From Rotaria socialis (taxonomy: Eukaryota): a stretch of DNA of 64,000 nucleotides. The DNA is taken from positions 74,908 through 138,907 of the forward strand of contig CAJNYD010000357.1 in the NCBI GenBank assembly GCA_905331295.1. The letters run 5' to 3'. Below the pieces are notes generated by a model, which was given only the letters and a program-made list of their open reading frames with translations, was not told where the DNA came from and searched no databases. A program made the position numbers and the translations under genes. Positions within the stretch are counted from its first letter, which is position 1. Every line of letters starts with the position of its first letter. Positions 34,079-47,325 of this stretch are shown here, piece by piece.

Positions 34079-34690
34079 ATGGACAATGTTCAGTTACTCA
34101 ATCGTCTTTTTGATGTTATTGAACAAGATATTTTACCGAAGACTCGAGCTGGTGTCGCACAAGGTAACAAAATCTTTGGTGCGGCCATCCTCAAGAAGTC
34201 TGATCTGTCCACTCTTGTCGCGGAAGCTAATAATGAAATAGAAAATCCACTTTGGCATGGCGAAGTCTACGCAATTAAACAACTCTACACAATGAATGAT
34301 CGCTTGAATCTGCCGAATCCAAAAGACTGTATTTTTCTCACGACACATGAACCTTGTTCTCTTTGCCTTTCAGCCATAACTTGGTGTGGTTATGATAATT
34401 TTTATTACCTATTCAGTCACGAGGATAGCCGGGATGTCTTCAATATTCCACACGATATTAAAATTTTAAATGCGCTCTTTGGAGATAGTGAGAAGAGTCG
34501 TCCACTCTACAATCGCGTAAATTCATTTTGGCACAGCCACAACATTTTATATATGATAGAAAGTCTCGATCATCGTAATGAAGCTCGCGAATCACTAGGC
34601 CGCCGCATAAATGATGTGTCCAAGATATACGCCGAACTGTCGAATGTATATCAAAAAAACAAGGGTGAAGCACGAATTCCTTTGGCCTAA
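34079..34690 (+). CDS. Zn-dependent nucleoside/nucleobase deaminase (cytidine deaminase fold), microbial-type
   Basis: Intact intronless 203-aa ORF with GNKIFGAAIL, NPLWHGEV (HxE) and THEPCSLCLSAI (PCxxC). Confidence 0.9.
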   Translation: MDNVQLLNRLFDVIEQDILPKTRAGVAQGNKIFGAAILKKSDLSTLVAEANNEIENPLWHGEVYAIKQLYTMNDRLNLPNPKDCIFLTTHEPCSLCLSAITWCGYDNFYYLFSHEDSRDVFNIPHDIKILNALFGDSEKSRPLYNRVNSFWHSHNILYMIESLDHRNEARESLGRRINDVSKIYAELSNVYQKNKGEARIPLA

Positions 34691-35334
34691 CACTACTTTC
34701 GGATCTTTTCTTTTCTTTTTTGAAGCTCTATAAATGTGATCCCACGAGTCAAAATGATTAAAATTACCTATCATGTGGATTTACAAATGCTTTTTTTCAA
34801 TAAACACTGAAAAGGAGGCTTCTAAAATGAACAAATTCAGTAAGTTCATAGTAGTAAAGGCATAATGCACTGGGGAGAGTGCAGCACAAAGGTGGCCACA
34901 CATCGATTTGTGACCTTTATGCATTGAACAATTTCTTATCTTATGTACATTTCCACAAATCATGTAACAATCGGAAAAGAAAACGATATGCATTGGCGTT
35001 GATAGGTGTGTTTATTTTCTTCTCTCACATCGACATTGACATGAATACTCATCCTTTTAGAAACCTATCTACATTCACGAGCACCCCATCCCACGGGTAC
35101 CTTGTAGCCATACATGTAATATCAGTTTCTGTCTGTTAACAATCGTTCAGCATGAATAATTAAATCAGGCGGTTACAAGTTAAATTCATTCATCTTTTGA
35201 TATATCATAGTAAAAAATCCAGAACAGAATTCAGGATGGAATTAGGTCCAAATACATTTGAAGGGATGGATATCACCTATAGCTGCTGTTCCACCACTTT
35301 GCCATACAGTTGCCATATCATAGCACCTAATAGA

Positions 35335-36550
35335 TTATCTTATCGACGGAGGAGCCATTCTCATCTTACCACCGATTTCGTAATGCCCGAATTGAGAAAC
35401 ATTACCAAGCTGTTGCTCAACCTTATTGCCAAGCCGAGCAAACTCCATCACAGTATCTTCATACAAGCTTTGCTTTTTCACCCATTCATCCCAGCTCCTC
35501 ATGCTTTCACACAATTGTGAAGCATGAAACGCAGCTTGACTGGTGCTAGCAACAGTATGTGGTCGAAATCCAGCCAATGCGTCGCCGACAAGCACGACTC
35601 GACCATCGAAATGAATTGCTTGGGTTGCAGGGACATCAGTAATAGCTTGTACGAATGGTGGCTGAGTTTTATTGATTAGTTCTACAAACTGAGGTGGAAG
35701 ATTGTTACTTGCATATTGTTTTTGATTTTCCCAGATGTCGACGTTAACCTTTCTCTGAGGCAATGGCCAACGATGCGTTTTACCATCGCAATCAGTGAGA
35801 ACTTTTGATAAATTTTCACAATTGAAATACCAAACCCAATTTATCAGTCGATATCCTTGTTTTAATTTACCATGCTTACCGGGAATAACGTAGGCAAGAA
35901 TTTGTGTGCCAGGTACATGAAATAATGTGAACCGTTCGACGAGAGTTGATGCGAGTGACGATGAGGCCTCTGATTCAAGAATGGTTCCACGTCAAGCTAC
36001 ATAGCCAGCATACTTTCGTTCTAAATCTGGATATAAAAGTGTTCGAATGCTACTAGATGCTCCATCTACTGCGATCAAGACATCATCCCGAATTGACTTT
36101 TTTCTTATTTTCTTGTTCGTAAACTAGTGTTACTTCGTCATTTTCGACCTTCATATCGATCACGTTAGCATCATAATCATAAATTGTGTTGCCACCTGCC
36201 TGATCTGGCACTTTACAATATTCACTCTTGACCCCATCAAAATTTGATCCTAGGATAAAATACACTAAATCTTAACTAGTCATGTACTGAGGACAGTCTT
36301 CTCGATATATTTCTCTACCTTGAATATCGAGATAGTGTCGAAATACTGACTCAATTACAAAGTCACATCTGGACTTGTCGAATATTTGCATGTAGTCTCG
36401 AATTTCTGTACCTGCTATGATACCTGCATCTTGGTCCTCTAAAAGAGGTTCAGGGTTACTTCCTAGAATATGAACGTTGTGACCAATTCCTTTCAGTGCT
36501 AGTCCCGTAAGTAGACATGCAAGCCTTCCGCCTACTATGATAATGTTCAT
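35335..36550 (-). pseudogene. FAD-dependent monooxygenase (2,6-dihydroxypyridine 3-monooxygenase-like), disrupted
   Basis: Degenerate dinucleotide-binding motif IIIVGGRLACL; VDGASSSIR; YAGYVA*RG; LINWVWY; VLVGDALAGFRPHTVASTSQAA. Stops at 36272 and ~35993, frameshift near 36085. No introns. Confidence 0.85.
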
Positions 36551-37989
36551 TGTGTCTGCTTTAATAGTTTTGCGTCGTAATAATCACTCACCGAAACTTG
36601 TTTGTAGAGATTCTAGTGAACCTGAAAAATGTAGAACGGCATCGATACTGTTTGGAAAAAAGTTCTATATGAATGTCAAATTTAGAGATTTCAAAAAGAT
36701 GCTACTTTAACATTAGAGTCATTGGTGTTCATATACTTCGTAATAAAACATACAAACAGTGGCCTTACTGGTTGACGTCATAGTAAACTCCTTGGTTCTT
36801 TCCATTTCTATTGAACCTGAACTTCATAGCCCAAGTAATTTATAAATGTACCTGGAGAATGTACGATTTTGAAATAACGCACCGATGGGAGAGAAGGACA
36901 AATAACCTAGTAAAAAAGTCACTCAAGGTCAGTATAGTTGACGTTTTATTTTCATCAGATAGATATAGACCAGCAAGGTGTAGATTGGCTGTGAAACCTG
37001 CTGTTTTTCGACGATAAGATCAGTTCATAATTCCTAACTTATGATTAGTAGGACTACTTAAGTAAATACTAGCTATGCATAAAATTGAATTTTACGTTCT
37101 GATTGTTTTGAAGGTCTTTGTTATGGTCTTATTTAATTCTAACTAGTTGCGATATCCGAAACTTATATAGATAGATACGCTTTATCTATACACGATTGCG
37201 TCACTATTATGGAAGATGTTTCGATTTATGTCTCAGTGTCAATGGTGACTAAACCATGTTGTTTCTATTTTGAGTGCTGGAAAAGCCGATCAATGTGTTA
37301 TCTGAAAACATGTGATCATCGTCAACGAGATTGACAGTATGATCCTCTTGTGTGTTTTAAGGATGAGGGTGCAAAATAGCTTTTAACGTACTCACTATCT
37401 ACTATATTGAACAGCGGCGCATATTATAATTTTGTCATTCTTCACATTTTGACAAGATACTAGCACGATGCTTCAAAACATCCATAATTTCAAGGCTGAT
37501 TTATCTAGTTGATGCCAATAAAAACATCGTTGAAATAATGAAACTTTCTGATTTTGAAAGCGACGTTAAAATAAACATATTGAAGATATTTTCCTGTTAT
37601 TTTCTGTTAAATTTAATTAGAAGTTTTTTTATCTCGAAAGTTCTCTTTTGATCGGAACTAAAACTGAACTGTCGTATCTCTAGTTTATATGCAAATTTTT
37701 GAAAAATAAATTAGGTTTTACACATATGCGTTAAACATGACTTGTAATGTTCATAGTGGAAATAAAATAGGAAGCGCTAACTAGAATTTTTACTTGATTG
37801 TACGCAGATAAAATCAGTAGGCGTGCAATAGAGGAAAAGCAGCACCATCGCTATTTATTTTATTATGTTATTAGTTCTTTCTACCGTCAATAGAAGACTC
37901 TCTAGTTAAAAACAGCTACTGCTCAATCACAGAGCTTACATATTTTTTTATTATCCATGAGTTAACCCTATGACCATAACGGTCCTAAT

Positions 37990-38973
37990 CAGAGATGGGC
38001 GAGTCAAGTCAAAAATGACTTAAGTCCAAGTCAAGTCAAGTCATTTTTGACTGGCTTTGACTTGACTTGAGCAACTTTTCAATGACTCGAAGACTTGACT
38101 TTGAGTTGGATAGTCTTTTTTATCAGGGACTTGTGACTGGGCATGATTTGACTTGGATCGAAAATTTTTTAACTTAACTTGACTTGTGAATTGCCGAAAA
38201 AACATGAGTCAAGTCAGAAATATTTCTGCAGCTATGATGGATGTTAAATTCATACACCCTAACGTTATTTTTTTTTGCTCTACTAGAAAGTGCTACTGTC
38301 AAGTCAGGTAATCCTTGAAAATAACGCCGTTTTAATGCGATAAAAGCACATTTCAGGTCGTTAAAACGCGTTTCTACCATACAAGTCGTTTAAAGGCACC
38401 AAAATGTGCGTTTTTAACGCGTAAAAACGTCGTTATTTTTAACGTTTGCCTGACTGAGTGGTTGTGGCATCCATACGCGACGGAAAATTGCTCATTTCTC
38501 ATGATAGCGAATATGCATAGTCAATATGCAATAAGAAATGAAACATTTCACAACATCATCATCTACAGAAAGGTTTTTCTCTCAAAGTAGCTTCATATTG
38601 CGACAACATAGATCGAAAATGTCGAGAAAGACATTAGAAATATTAACACCGTTAAAATGCAATCAAGGACTAATGTAAAATTTTTGTTGAATACATTGAT
38701 ACAGGATTAAATTATAAAATTTTAAAGAAATATTAATCTCATGACTTGACTTGTCAAAAGACTTGACTTGCTAAAGACTGTGACTTGTGACTGACTCGGC
38801 TATCGTTGGGACTTGACTTGGCTTGACTGCAAGACTTTTGTTTTTTAGGAATGACTTGACTTGACTTGACTTGAGCGCTTCTCTTTTTTAGGTGTGATTT
38901 GACTTGACTCGAGTATCATGTACAAATGACTTGACTTGACTTGGGTAAAAAAAGCCTGACTTGCCCATCTCTG
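37990..38973 (+). mobile_element. Internally deleted hAT element
   Basis: TIRs CAGAGATGGGC / GCCCATCTCTG; (GACTT)n subterminal arrays; hATC remnant TTSSSTERFFSQSSFILRQHRSKMSRKTLEIL..LKCN at ~38550-38678. No clear TSD. Confidence 0.85.
38301..38456. mobile_element. Small palindromic MITE nested in the hAT remnant
   Basis: AGTCAGGTAATCCTTGAAAATAACGCCGTTTT.. is an imperfect reverse complement of ..AAAAACGTCGTTATTTTTAACGTTTGCCTGACT. Confidence 0.6.
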
Positions 38974-39692
38974 ATTTCGAGATTTTCGCCTTGTAGTACA
39001 TCCCACAAATAAAAACGAAATTATCTAATAGACGATATTAATATGGTTGAATTTGATTTCGAAGAGAAACTAAGCGAAGTAAATTAATTAACAGCAGCAA
39101 CATCATCTCGAAAAATAAAGAGAAAAGAAAGTTTTTCGTAAAGATTGATTATCCATTGGTAAGTATTCATCTTTATAGTGATGAAACATTCAAAACGGAG
39201 TGCTTAGTGACATCATCTTAATACAGGAGTCGCTATTTCACAAAAAATGATCTTTCTGATCAATTTCTGATTTTGAATTTTCGATCTGGCCACCCTGATG
39301 CGGGTGTATTGTGTTAGAACAACTTTCCTGTTAAATTGGATGAGTTCGATTCGCATTCTATTTTTTAAAGACTCTGACTTGACTCGAGTGATCCCAGTCA
39401 TTGAATAAATTTGAATTGGTATTTTCTTTTCTGCAATCTTCCTTCAAACATGGGATTCAGTTTATGTTATAGAATATTGTTTATTTCGAATACTTTTTTC
39501 ATGAATAAAATATATTCAGTCTATCACAAATTATATGCTATCCAATAGTTATAGAAGAAAAAAAATGACAAAGGCATGTCAGTGAAAATCATAGTAAATA
39601 TAAAATGTGGAAAAATGTTAAAATTCGAAAATTTTCTGTCATGTCTGAAGATCTGGTAAGCCCGATTGAAAATGCGTCATGTCCTATTCATT

Positions 39693-42600
39693 TTACGAAG
39701 GCGCTGTATACGTAATTTTCAGATAAGGCAACGCTTGACCATATCGATAAACGATGTATTCATGAAATTGAAAGCCTGGCCAACCTCCAGCACCATGAAC
39801 AGAATGATGACCGATTGGTGCTGCAGTCAATGTAGCATCAGTCTCAGTTTGTACCGATTCAATGCCTAATAAAACCTTGTTGTAGAAAATAACACGTCGG
39901 GTTGTTTTTGGATCAGGATTCACGTAACCATTCGATTTTCGAGGATCATCAGCAAAATAAGCACCATGTCCTGACAATAGAAAATATCTTGTTAATTAAC
40001 TGTTATGTAAACAAAAACACATATAGAACGAGAGTATGTGCACATACAATATTAAATGTATTTTATTCTAACCGTAAATTAACGAAATAAAAATTCTTGA
40101 TAACATACCCCATGCTCCTGTATTCGAAAAATGTCGATCATCATATCCTCGATTGATGATTCCTTCAACAGCATCGCCACTCGTTCCATGATATAGTTCA
40201 CGTTCATTGGGATCATTATCTCGACATTCTTTCGATATTTGTTTTTTCATATATTCATATAGTGATTCAATATCAGGATTTTTAATTTGTTCAATCGAAA
40301 TAACTCGTGCTCCGTTTATAGTTTCCATTGCCGTGACAATATTCTTATAGAGTACTGTTGATACTGGATACGGCACGAGAATAGCATTGTAACTTGCTGG
40401 TGGATTCGGAATAAAATTCAATGGTTTACCAATCGGTTTCCATCCTCTAGATTTCATTTTTTCTATACGCTCAGCAACCGTTCCTGATGTATTAGGCCTA
40501 TTTTCACCATCAATCGATCTTAAAACTTGAAACTCTTTTCTGCGAATATTTTCTACGATAGTTTCAAGTTGAATCGAGGAAGGACTACCTGTAATATCAA
40601 CACGCATACCCAAATCTCTAGTGTAGAGTTTCTCCAACGACAAATTACTAACATCGAAGTCAATTCTATCATGCGTGAGAGCGATATGTGGCTCTATTAA
40701 ATCCATCGTAAACGGGCCGGTCTTGGTATTTTCATCTATTAATATTACGTATCGCCAGTCTTGTTTGAATGCTTTTGCTATAATACCGTATCCATATAGT
40801 GCGTCAAGAAACGCTTCAACATCAAACGGCTTCGCAGCTGGTAAATGACAATCGAGATCCGATGGGACGAGATCTCTATTTAATATCGGCATGCCAGATT
40901 TTGGGTCATAATGAACCCATTGTTGTGGTGGTATATGGGTGGGTTTTGATGAATAATCGCCAACAACCCAATCTCGAACAAAGCCACCTTCTAATCGGCA
41001 GTCAAACAGGCAAACAGCGATCCAGGCTACCACTTCCATACGAGTTTCACGTGTAGCTGCCGGACCTTTCAGACTTTTCCATCTGTCAATGGATGTACGA
41101 TCCGGATCAGTTATTTTACCGATTCTTTCTTCCATATACCGATATTGTTGACGTATCTGTGGCTTTAGAACACGAGGAGCAACTCCTAAAGAGAAAAAAA
41201 TATACAATTCGATGTTCATTGTTCGAAGTGTATCATACTTGTAAAAACATTGCCAGTACACTTTTTTTTACAGAAAATGCTATACTCAAAATATCTGTAA
41301 AATTTGTAAATCAAAGTGTTAAACTGTTTCATAGAGCATTTGGCTAATGGTTAAGAAATCGATTTGAGTAGGATATTTTTAAAAAGAAGTTAACAAATAT
41401 GCCCATGCAAAATTCAACATTACTATAAGATTAGCTCAGCTTGTATGACGACCTACCCGGGATGATCTCGAGTAATTTAGTGTGAAAGGGATTTTGTGTT
41501 TTTTTTGTGAATTCCTGATTTTTTCAATATTCAGAAAGAGCGAAAAATTACTTAGAAAAGCTATTCAATTGATATTGAACATTACCTGAATGTGGATCAC
41601 GAATTACTGCACACATGCGGAGCCAACTTAGAAATGACATGAATTCTTTTTTGACAGCTTGATTTTGTGAATCAAGACCTTCAACTGTTACGGTAATCGT
41701 TCTTTTCTTAGTATTCATTTTTGTTCGAACTTTTACTTGTTGTTCAGCCTCCCATCGCCATCGTAGGGGACCAAAAAGATCAATAGGCATATTTGTAACA
41801 CTCTTCAAATTTCTAGTTAATGTATCGTTTTCATCGTTTGGAGAATCCGACTCTAATGTGAATAGTAATGTAGTCGTTAGTTGTTGACGAATGAAAAGTT
41901 CTGCATTCAAAATATAACCTGAAGAACCACGAAATACTATTTTACTATCAACAATTTTGATTTGAATATGAGGAAATTTTTGAATTGCTTGCTGTAGTAT
42001 ATTGTCGGCATTTAATTTTTGTTCTTCAGCTGCATTCAATTTCATTTTACGATTAAATTGATATTCTAGCCATGGTGGCTCGATTTTACCGACGAAAGAA
42101 ATAATAGCTGTCGAACGAATAACGGTCAAATACTGTACATCTCGAGCTAAAACCAATGATGCCGGTAAAAGTCCTTTATTTCCTGTTCGAAGGGTTGACG
42201 ATCTATCAATAACTGCGACTGTAGGCGTATCGTCCGATTGTTGTTGCTGCGGATCAAATGTTCGTTGTTGTAGATTGTATCTTAAAAATTGCTGTGCTTT
42301 ACCTTGCAGTATTCTCGTAGATACAAATACATTGTCGGAAAAGCCATCTAATAAAGCTTTGGCTATATTTTCCCAACTACTAGATTGAATCTGAGCATCT
42401 TCTCGAAATTCTTCAGATAAATTGAAAGCTTTTTCTAAATTTTTATATCGTCGAAATGCTTGCTTCAGAATATATGCAGACGCTGATAATCCTTTTGCAT
42501 TGCAAACTCGATCAATATTAAATTCTTTCGCTGGTACAGAACGTTGCACCAATAATATTACATTCATCACATTGAGTAAAGTCATAAAATCACCTTCCGC

Positions 42601-45600
42601 ACATTTATATTTGCTTGGGATAGATTTTATTATCGCAGACGTATTTAAGACGGACAGAATAGATGATAAAATAATTAAATCACGGCCACATTGTCTTTTT
42701 CTCAATGCAGAATAAACGGCTTTAGACATTGGCAGTGAGCTTAAATCTGGTAGTTTTGATATTGATAAACCCAGTTTAGTGAAATTTTTAGCAGACGTAG
42801 TACTAACAAGCCCTAAAATAAAATATTAATATTCCTCCACGAAATAGATATTTTGAAAACTGAAAGACTTCTTATCTCTTCATACCCGGCTGATAAGTCT
42901 TTTCGAAGAGTTGTACACAAGATGCTTACCTAATAGTTGTAATTGTTTGATGGCATCAGTAATATATGACTGCTCTGGTTTGTTCGGAAAATACTCTTGA
43001 AACTCTAGCATATTAGTTCGTAATCGAGATTTACGTAGCATAAAATCAATATTTGCAAGTTTTGATTGACATATTTGTGGCACAGGATATTTTCGTTGTT
43101 CTCCTAAATCATTGATATGCGAAAAATTCAACACGAGAAAATTATATTTGTTCAAATACCTGGCGCATAATTATAAAGTGCATAAAATTCTCCTGGTTGT
43201 GTTCTACCTAATCGGCCAAGTCGTTGTTTGGTTGTCGATTCGGCAGCTATTATTTCTTTTAATTCAGTTCGTTCTAGTTCTATATTGTATACAGGCATAT
43301 TGATGACACCAGTATCAATGACATATTTCAAACATGGAAATGTTAATGATGTTTCAGCTACAGTTGTGGAAAAAAATAATGTTCCCTGTTCAATAAGTTT
43401 CTCTTGATCAATGGCCGATTGTGATTGCACCAATGGATATGCTATAATGGCTCCTTTAGTTATGCTTTTGATTAGTGCACAATTTTCATGTACTTCTTGT
43501 ACTGAACCAACAAAGCAAAGTATTTGTTCATTACGCACACGTTTACTATACAATTGTTGTACTAAATCGAGAATATTTTCGCCGGCTACACGATTGACAC
43601 TTATTGGAAATCGCGTTGATATTGATGTCAAATTGAATACACTCAAAGTACATCCAGGAATATTTCTATATAAATCTGGCACACTACTGTCCAACGTTGC
43701 TGATGAGATTATCAATTTCATTTTAGTTTTAAAATCAGGATTTAATTTTAATAATCTTGCAAATAAGGCCAAACATAAATCAATATTTATCGACCGTTCA
43801 TGTACTTCGTCAATAAAAAATATAACTGATTTGTTAAGTTTCGTATTTTGTGTTATCAAATTTTCATCATTCAAAAGACGTTCTTTCAAAAGTCCATCGG
43901 TTACATAGAGAATTTTGGCTCGAACATTTTTCTCAGCACCACTAATTGCCCATCCAGTTAGATCTTCCTTCACCATGGAATTTACACGTTGAGATATCAT
44001 CGAACATGGTAAACGTCTTGGTTGTGTAACAATTACTTTATCATAACCTTCAGCAATTAAGAGAGCAGGTAGAAGTGTCGATTTACCTACAATAGAAAGA
44101 AGCATATTTGAAGGAAAAAAAAGCAAGCACGTTGTAATGGGTTGAATTCTAATAAAAGAAAAACAGCTTACCTGAACCTGTAGCTGTTTCAATTGTTGTA
44201 ACGGTATTGTTCTCAATTTGTTTTAGAAGATCAATCGATACATTGAATAAAGGTAATTGTAATAGAAAGCAATTATAATAGATCATAATACTTTGTAATA
44301 ATGATACAACCATTTGAAAATGTTCTAATGTACAACCTTGATAGACATCTTTTGTTGAGAGTAGTTTTCTTATTCTATCGATGTACTGATTCAAGATTGA
44401 AACTGATGTTTTGTTTGGTGCGCCTCCTTTTGTTGAGTTTTGTTGATGTAGAACATGATCACGAATAAATGCGTTTAAAGCGGTGACTTTCAATAGATTA
44501 ATATCATGAGAAAATGTGTCCTGTTCTAGATAACTATTTGTTAATTTTCCGATTTCTTGCCGAAATTTAATTGAAGAATTCTCAATAGAATCATTAATCA
44601 TTTTATCTGAATGTTTTTTCATATTTGTTTTAAATTCTTCAACATATTCATTACATTTTTCACTGACTAATTTCAATAAATAATCACAATAGTGTTTCCA
44701 GTAGATTTGATTAATCGGACGTACTCGTTCGATTACCCGAATTAATAATTGACGTTTTCTATTTGTTTTTTGTTCAAAGAATTCTTCAGCTTTTTGTATT
44801 CGATCAAAAAGTTCTTCTAACCGAGCAAAGGTCTCTTTTAATTCTTTGTGATGAATTGGAAAACCTTTTAACACCAATTTGTATTCATATTTTTCATCAA
44901 AATTTATCATAGGAATAGTATCTTGAAAATATGTTTTGTGAGGATAATTTAATTTTTGCAATGCGTTTAATAGTAAATTGTGTTTGAACACTATTGACTG
45001 TTTCGATTTCGGAAGTGTGTATTCGGCAATCAAAACATCTTTGACTGTTTCATTAATTAATTGTTCATGTTGAACTTTTTCATTTAACTTGCTTTGTGTT
45101 TCTTCTAAGTTACTAATCATGCTATTCAAGATTACTTCATTTGTTGTACTAGTTTCGTTCAAAGTTCTACATTGTGCACTAAGTTGCCTTTCTATTGCAA
45201 ACAACTTTGTTTTTAATTGTTCGTTTTCATTCTCCAGCGCGGATCGAGCTTTTACTGCCATATTTTCTAGCTCGTCCTTATTCACAATATTAGGAATACT
45301 GTTTATTATCACCTGTTCGACTTCACTGTTGGACTGATGAGAATGCTCATTGATGTAATCGTCGGCATTCTCTGATAGGTTTGGCATCAAACTCGATTCA
45401 GTTATAATCAAATCTGTGTTATCTATAACAACGATAAAAAAGAAAATGTTTGATGAAAGACAAATATGAAAAGCTCTATTCTGCATATTACTTTGGTGGA
45501 AATCACTATTTTCTATATCAGCTAGACACCAATTGCCAACATTTGGAACTGAATCAATCAATTGCGTACTATCGTCAGTATCATCAGCTTCAGTTTCAAC

Positions 45601-47325
45601 GACAGATTCTGTTTCATCATTATCACCATAGTCAATATCCGATTCCTTATCGTCACTGATTGGCTTGGATCGAATCGATTGTTCCAATCGTTTTGTTGTC
45701 AAAGGAATCGGATTCGATTGATTTCCTGCTTGAAAATTATCTAATTCCTTAATAAAAGTTTGATTGTGAGGAGTATTTACGATAAATTTTGGTATCCATC
45801 GAACAAATCCTAATATTGTTTTAGCATCGTTAGCAAATGTGAATAAAAATAAATTGCATTGAATTTGGCCAATATAAATATGATTAATATCAACATATCT
45901 TCGTCTATTATTCATCGATTGATCTAACAAAGCATTCAGTTCACTGTCACATGTATACCAACTATTTAGTTTTATCTGAAATTTACTGTCATAAACAGAC
46001 GGAATCGTTACAGAATCTAATGATGGTGGTGGTGGTAAAGTTTTAGTTGTTGTCGATGGATTACTTGTTTCACACTTGACAAACATTAATTGCCATATGC
46101 AATGTATATCGAAATTAGCTATACTCGAACCTCGACATCGAATCCATGCTGCACTATCTTTGGCTGCCGGCTGTGGTTCTTGATTTTTGCTTCCACGGTA
46201 GAAAGTCAATAAGTTAATCGTGTAAGTGCTTTGTCCACTACTCAGATGGATTGTTGAATTAAACGATTGATCACCTTTATTTGGCATCAATGAAATTGAT
46301 AAAGTATTATGTTCGGTCATAGTAAACTCTTCCCATTCGAATCCCTTTACGAGCTTGTATTCCCAAATACAATTATTTGGTTGACGATCATGACAACCAA
46401 GAATCGATTCTCTAGGTATGGAAGGATTCAATCTATTCAAATAATTTGGTATAAGGTAATCTTCAAAAAAATTTCGAATCGGTTCCCAGTCTTTTCCATT
46501 GTCTATAGGCGTTTCGCCTAACTGATTTCTTAGAAAATAATTCGCTCCTTTATCGATCAAATATTTAACTATTTGAATATGGTTGCCAAAGCAAGCGGCA
46601 TGTAGTGCTGTTGCAGCTAATTTTGGATCGGGATCATAGCCGAGAATGGCCGGATCTTGCCAATCAGCATCGTTGTCGGTTATCAAAGCAAAGGCTAGTT
46701 CTCTTTGATTTTGAGCATTTACAGAGCAACCAACAGTTTCAACTAAATATGTAACCAGGTCAATAAAGCCTCCTCGTGCAGCCGAATATAATAATGTTGT
46801 TCCCCAAAAGCCCGACTTATCTTTGTAATCGGGATGTTGGCGAAGAAACTTTTTAACTGTCTCTTTCTCGTTTCTATACGCTGCTGGATAAGCTTTTGCT
46901 GCCATTAATAGAGCCTTAAGATTTTGCTGAAAACTATATAGAATATTTGCTGTCAATGCTTCAGTGAACACTCGTTGATCTTTATCAAAATGGTATTCAT
47001 GTAAAAATTGTTCAATATAGCCTCTACAAAGAGTTGACAATGTTGGTAAACCATTTTTTAACGTAGTTTGGATATCATTAGTTAATTTGTCCAATAATTC
47101 GTCTTCTTCAATATCAACAGTAAAAGAGTTTACATTGTTGTTTTGCACTGAGTTGTCAAACAGAGGATCATCGCATGTAGTTGTTGCGGTCGAAGTAGAT
47201 GAAGTGTCAGTTGTAGTCTTCGAATCGATTTTACATTTAGTATTTAACTGTCTTAGAACATCATCAACATATTTAATGATTACATTTAGACAGTTGTACA
47301 ATTTCTTTTCTTCTTGATCATCCAT
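39693..47325 (-). CDS. Ankyrin-WWE-DEAH helicase-nucleotidyltransferase-PARP fusion protein (~2255 aa, 7 exons)
   Basis: Exons 47325-45492, 45422-44172, 44086-43160, 43103-42930, 42812-41586, 41185-40109, 39970-39693 splice in frame. Ankyrin: TTLLYSAARGG, TALHAACFGNH. WWE-like: IWEYK..EWEEF..YTINL. Helicase: TATGSGKST, TQPRR, DEVHER, SAT, STTVAETSLT, QRLGRLGR. NTase: EGGFVRD..SDLD..DFDVSNL. PARP: LYHGT, GAYFA, GHHSVHG, EYIVY. Confidence 0.9.
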
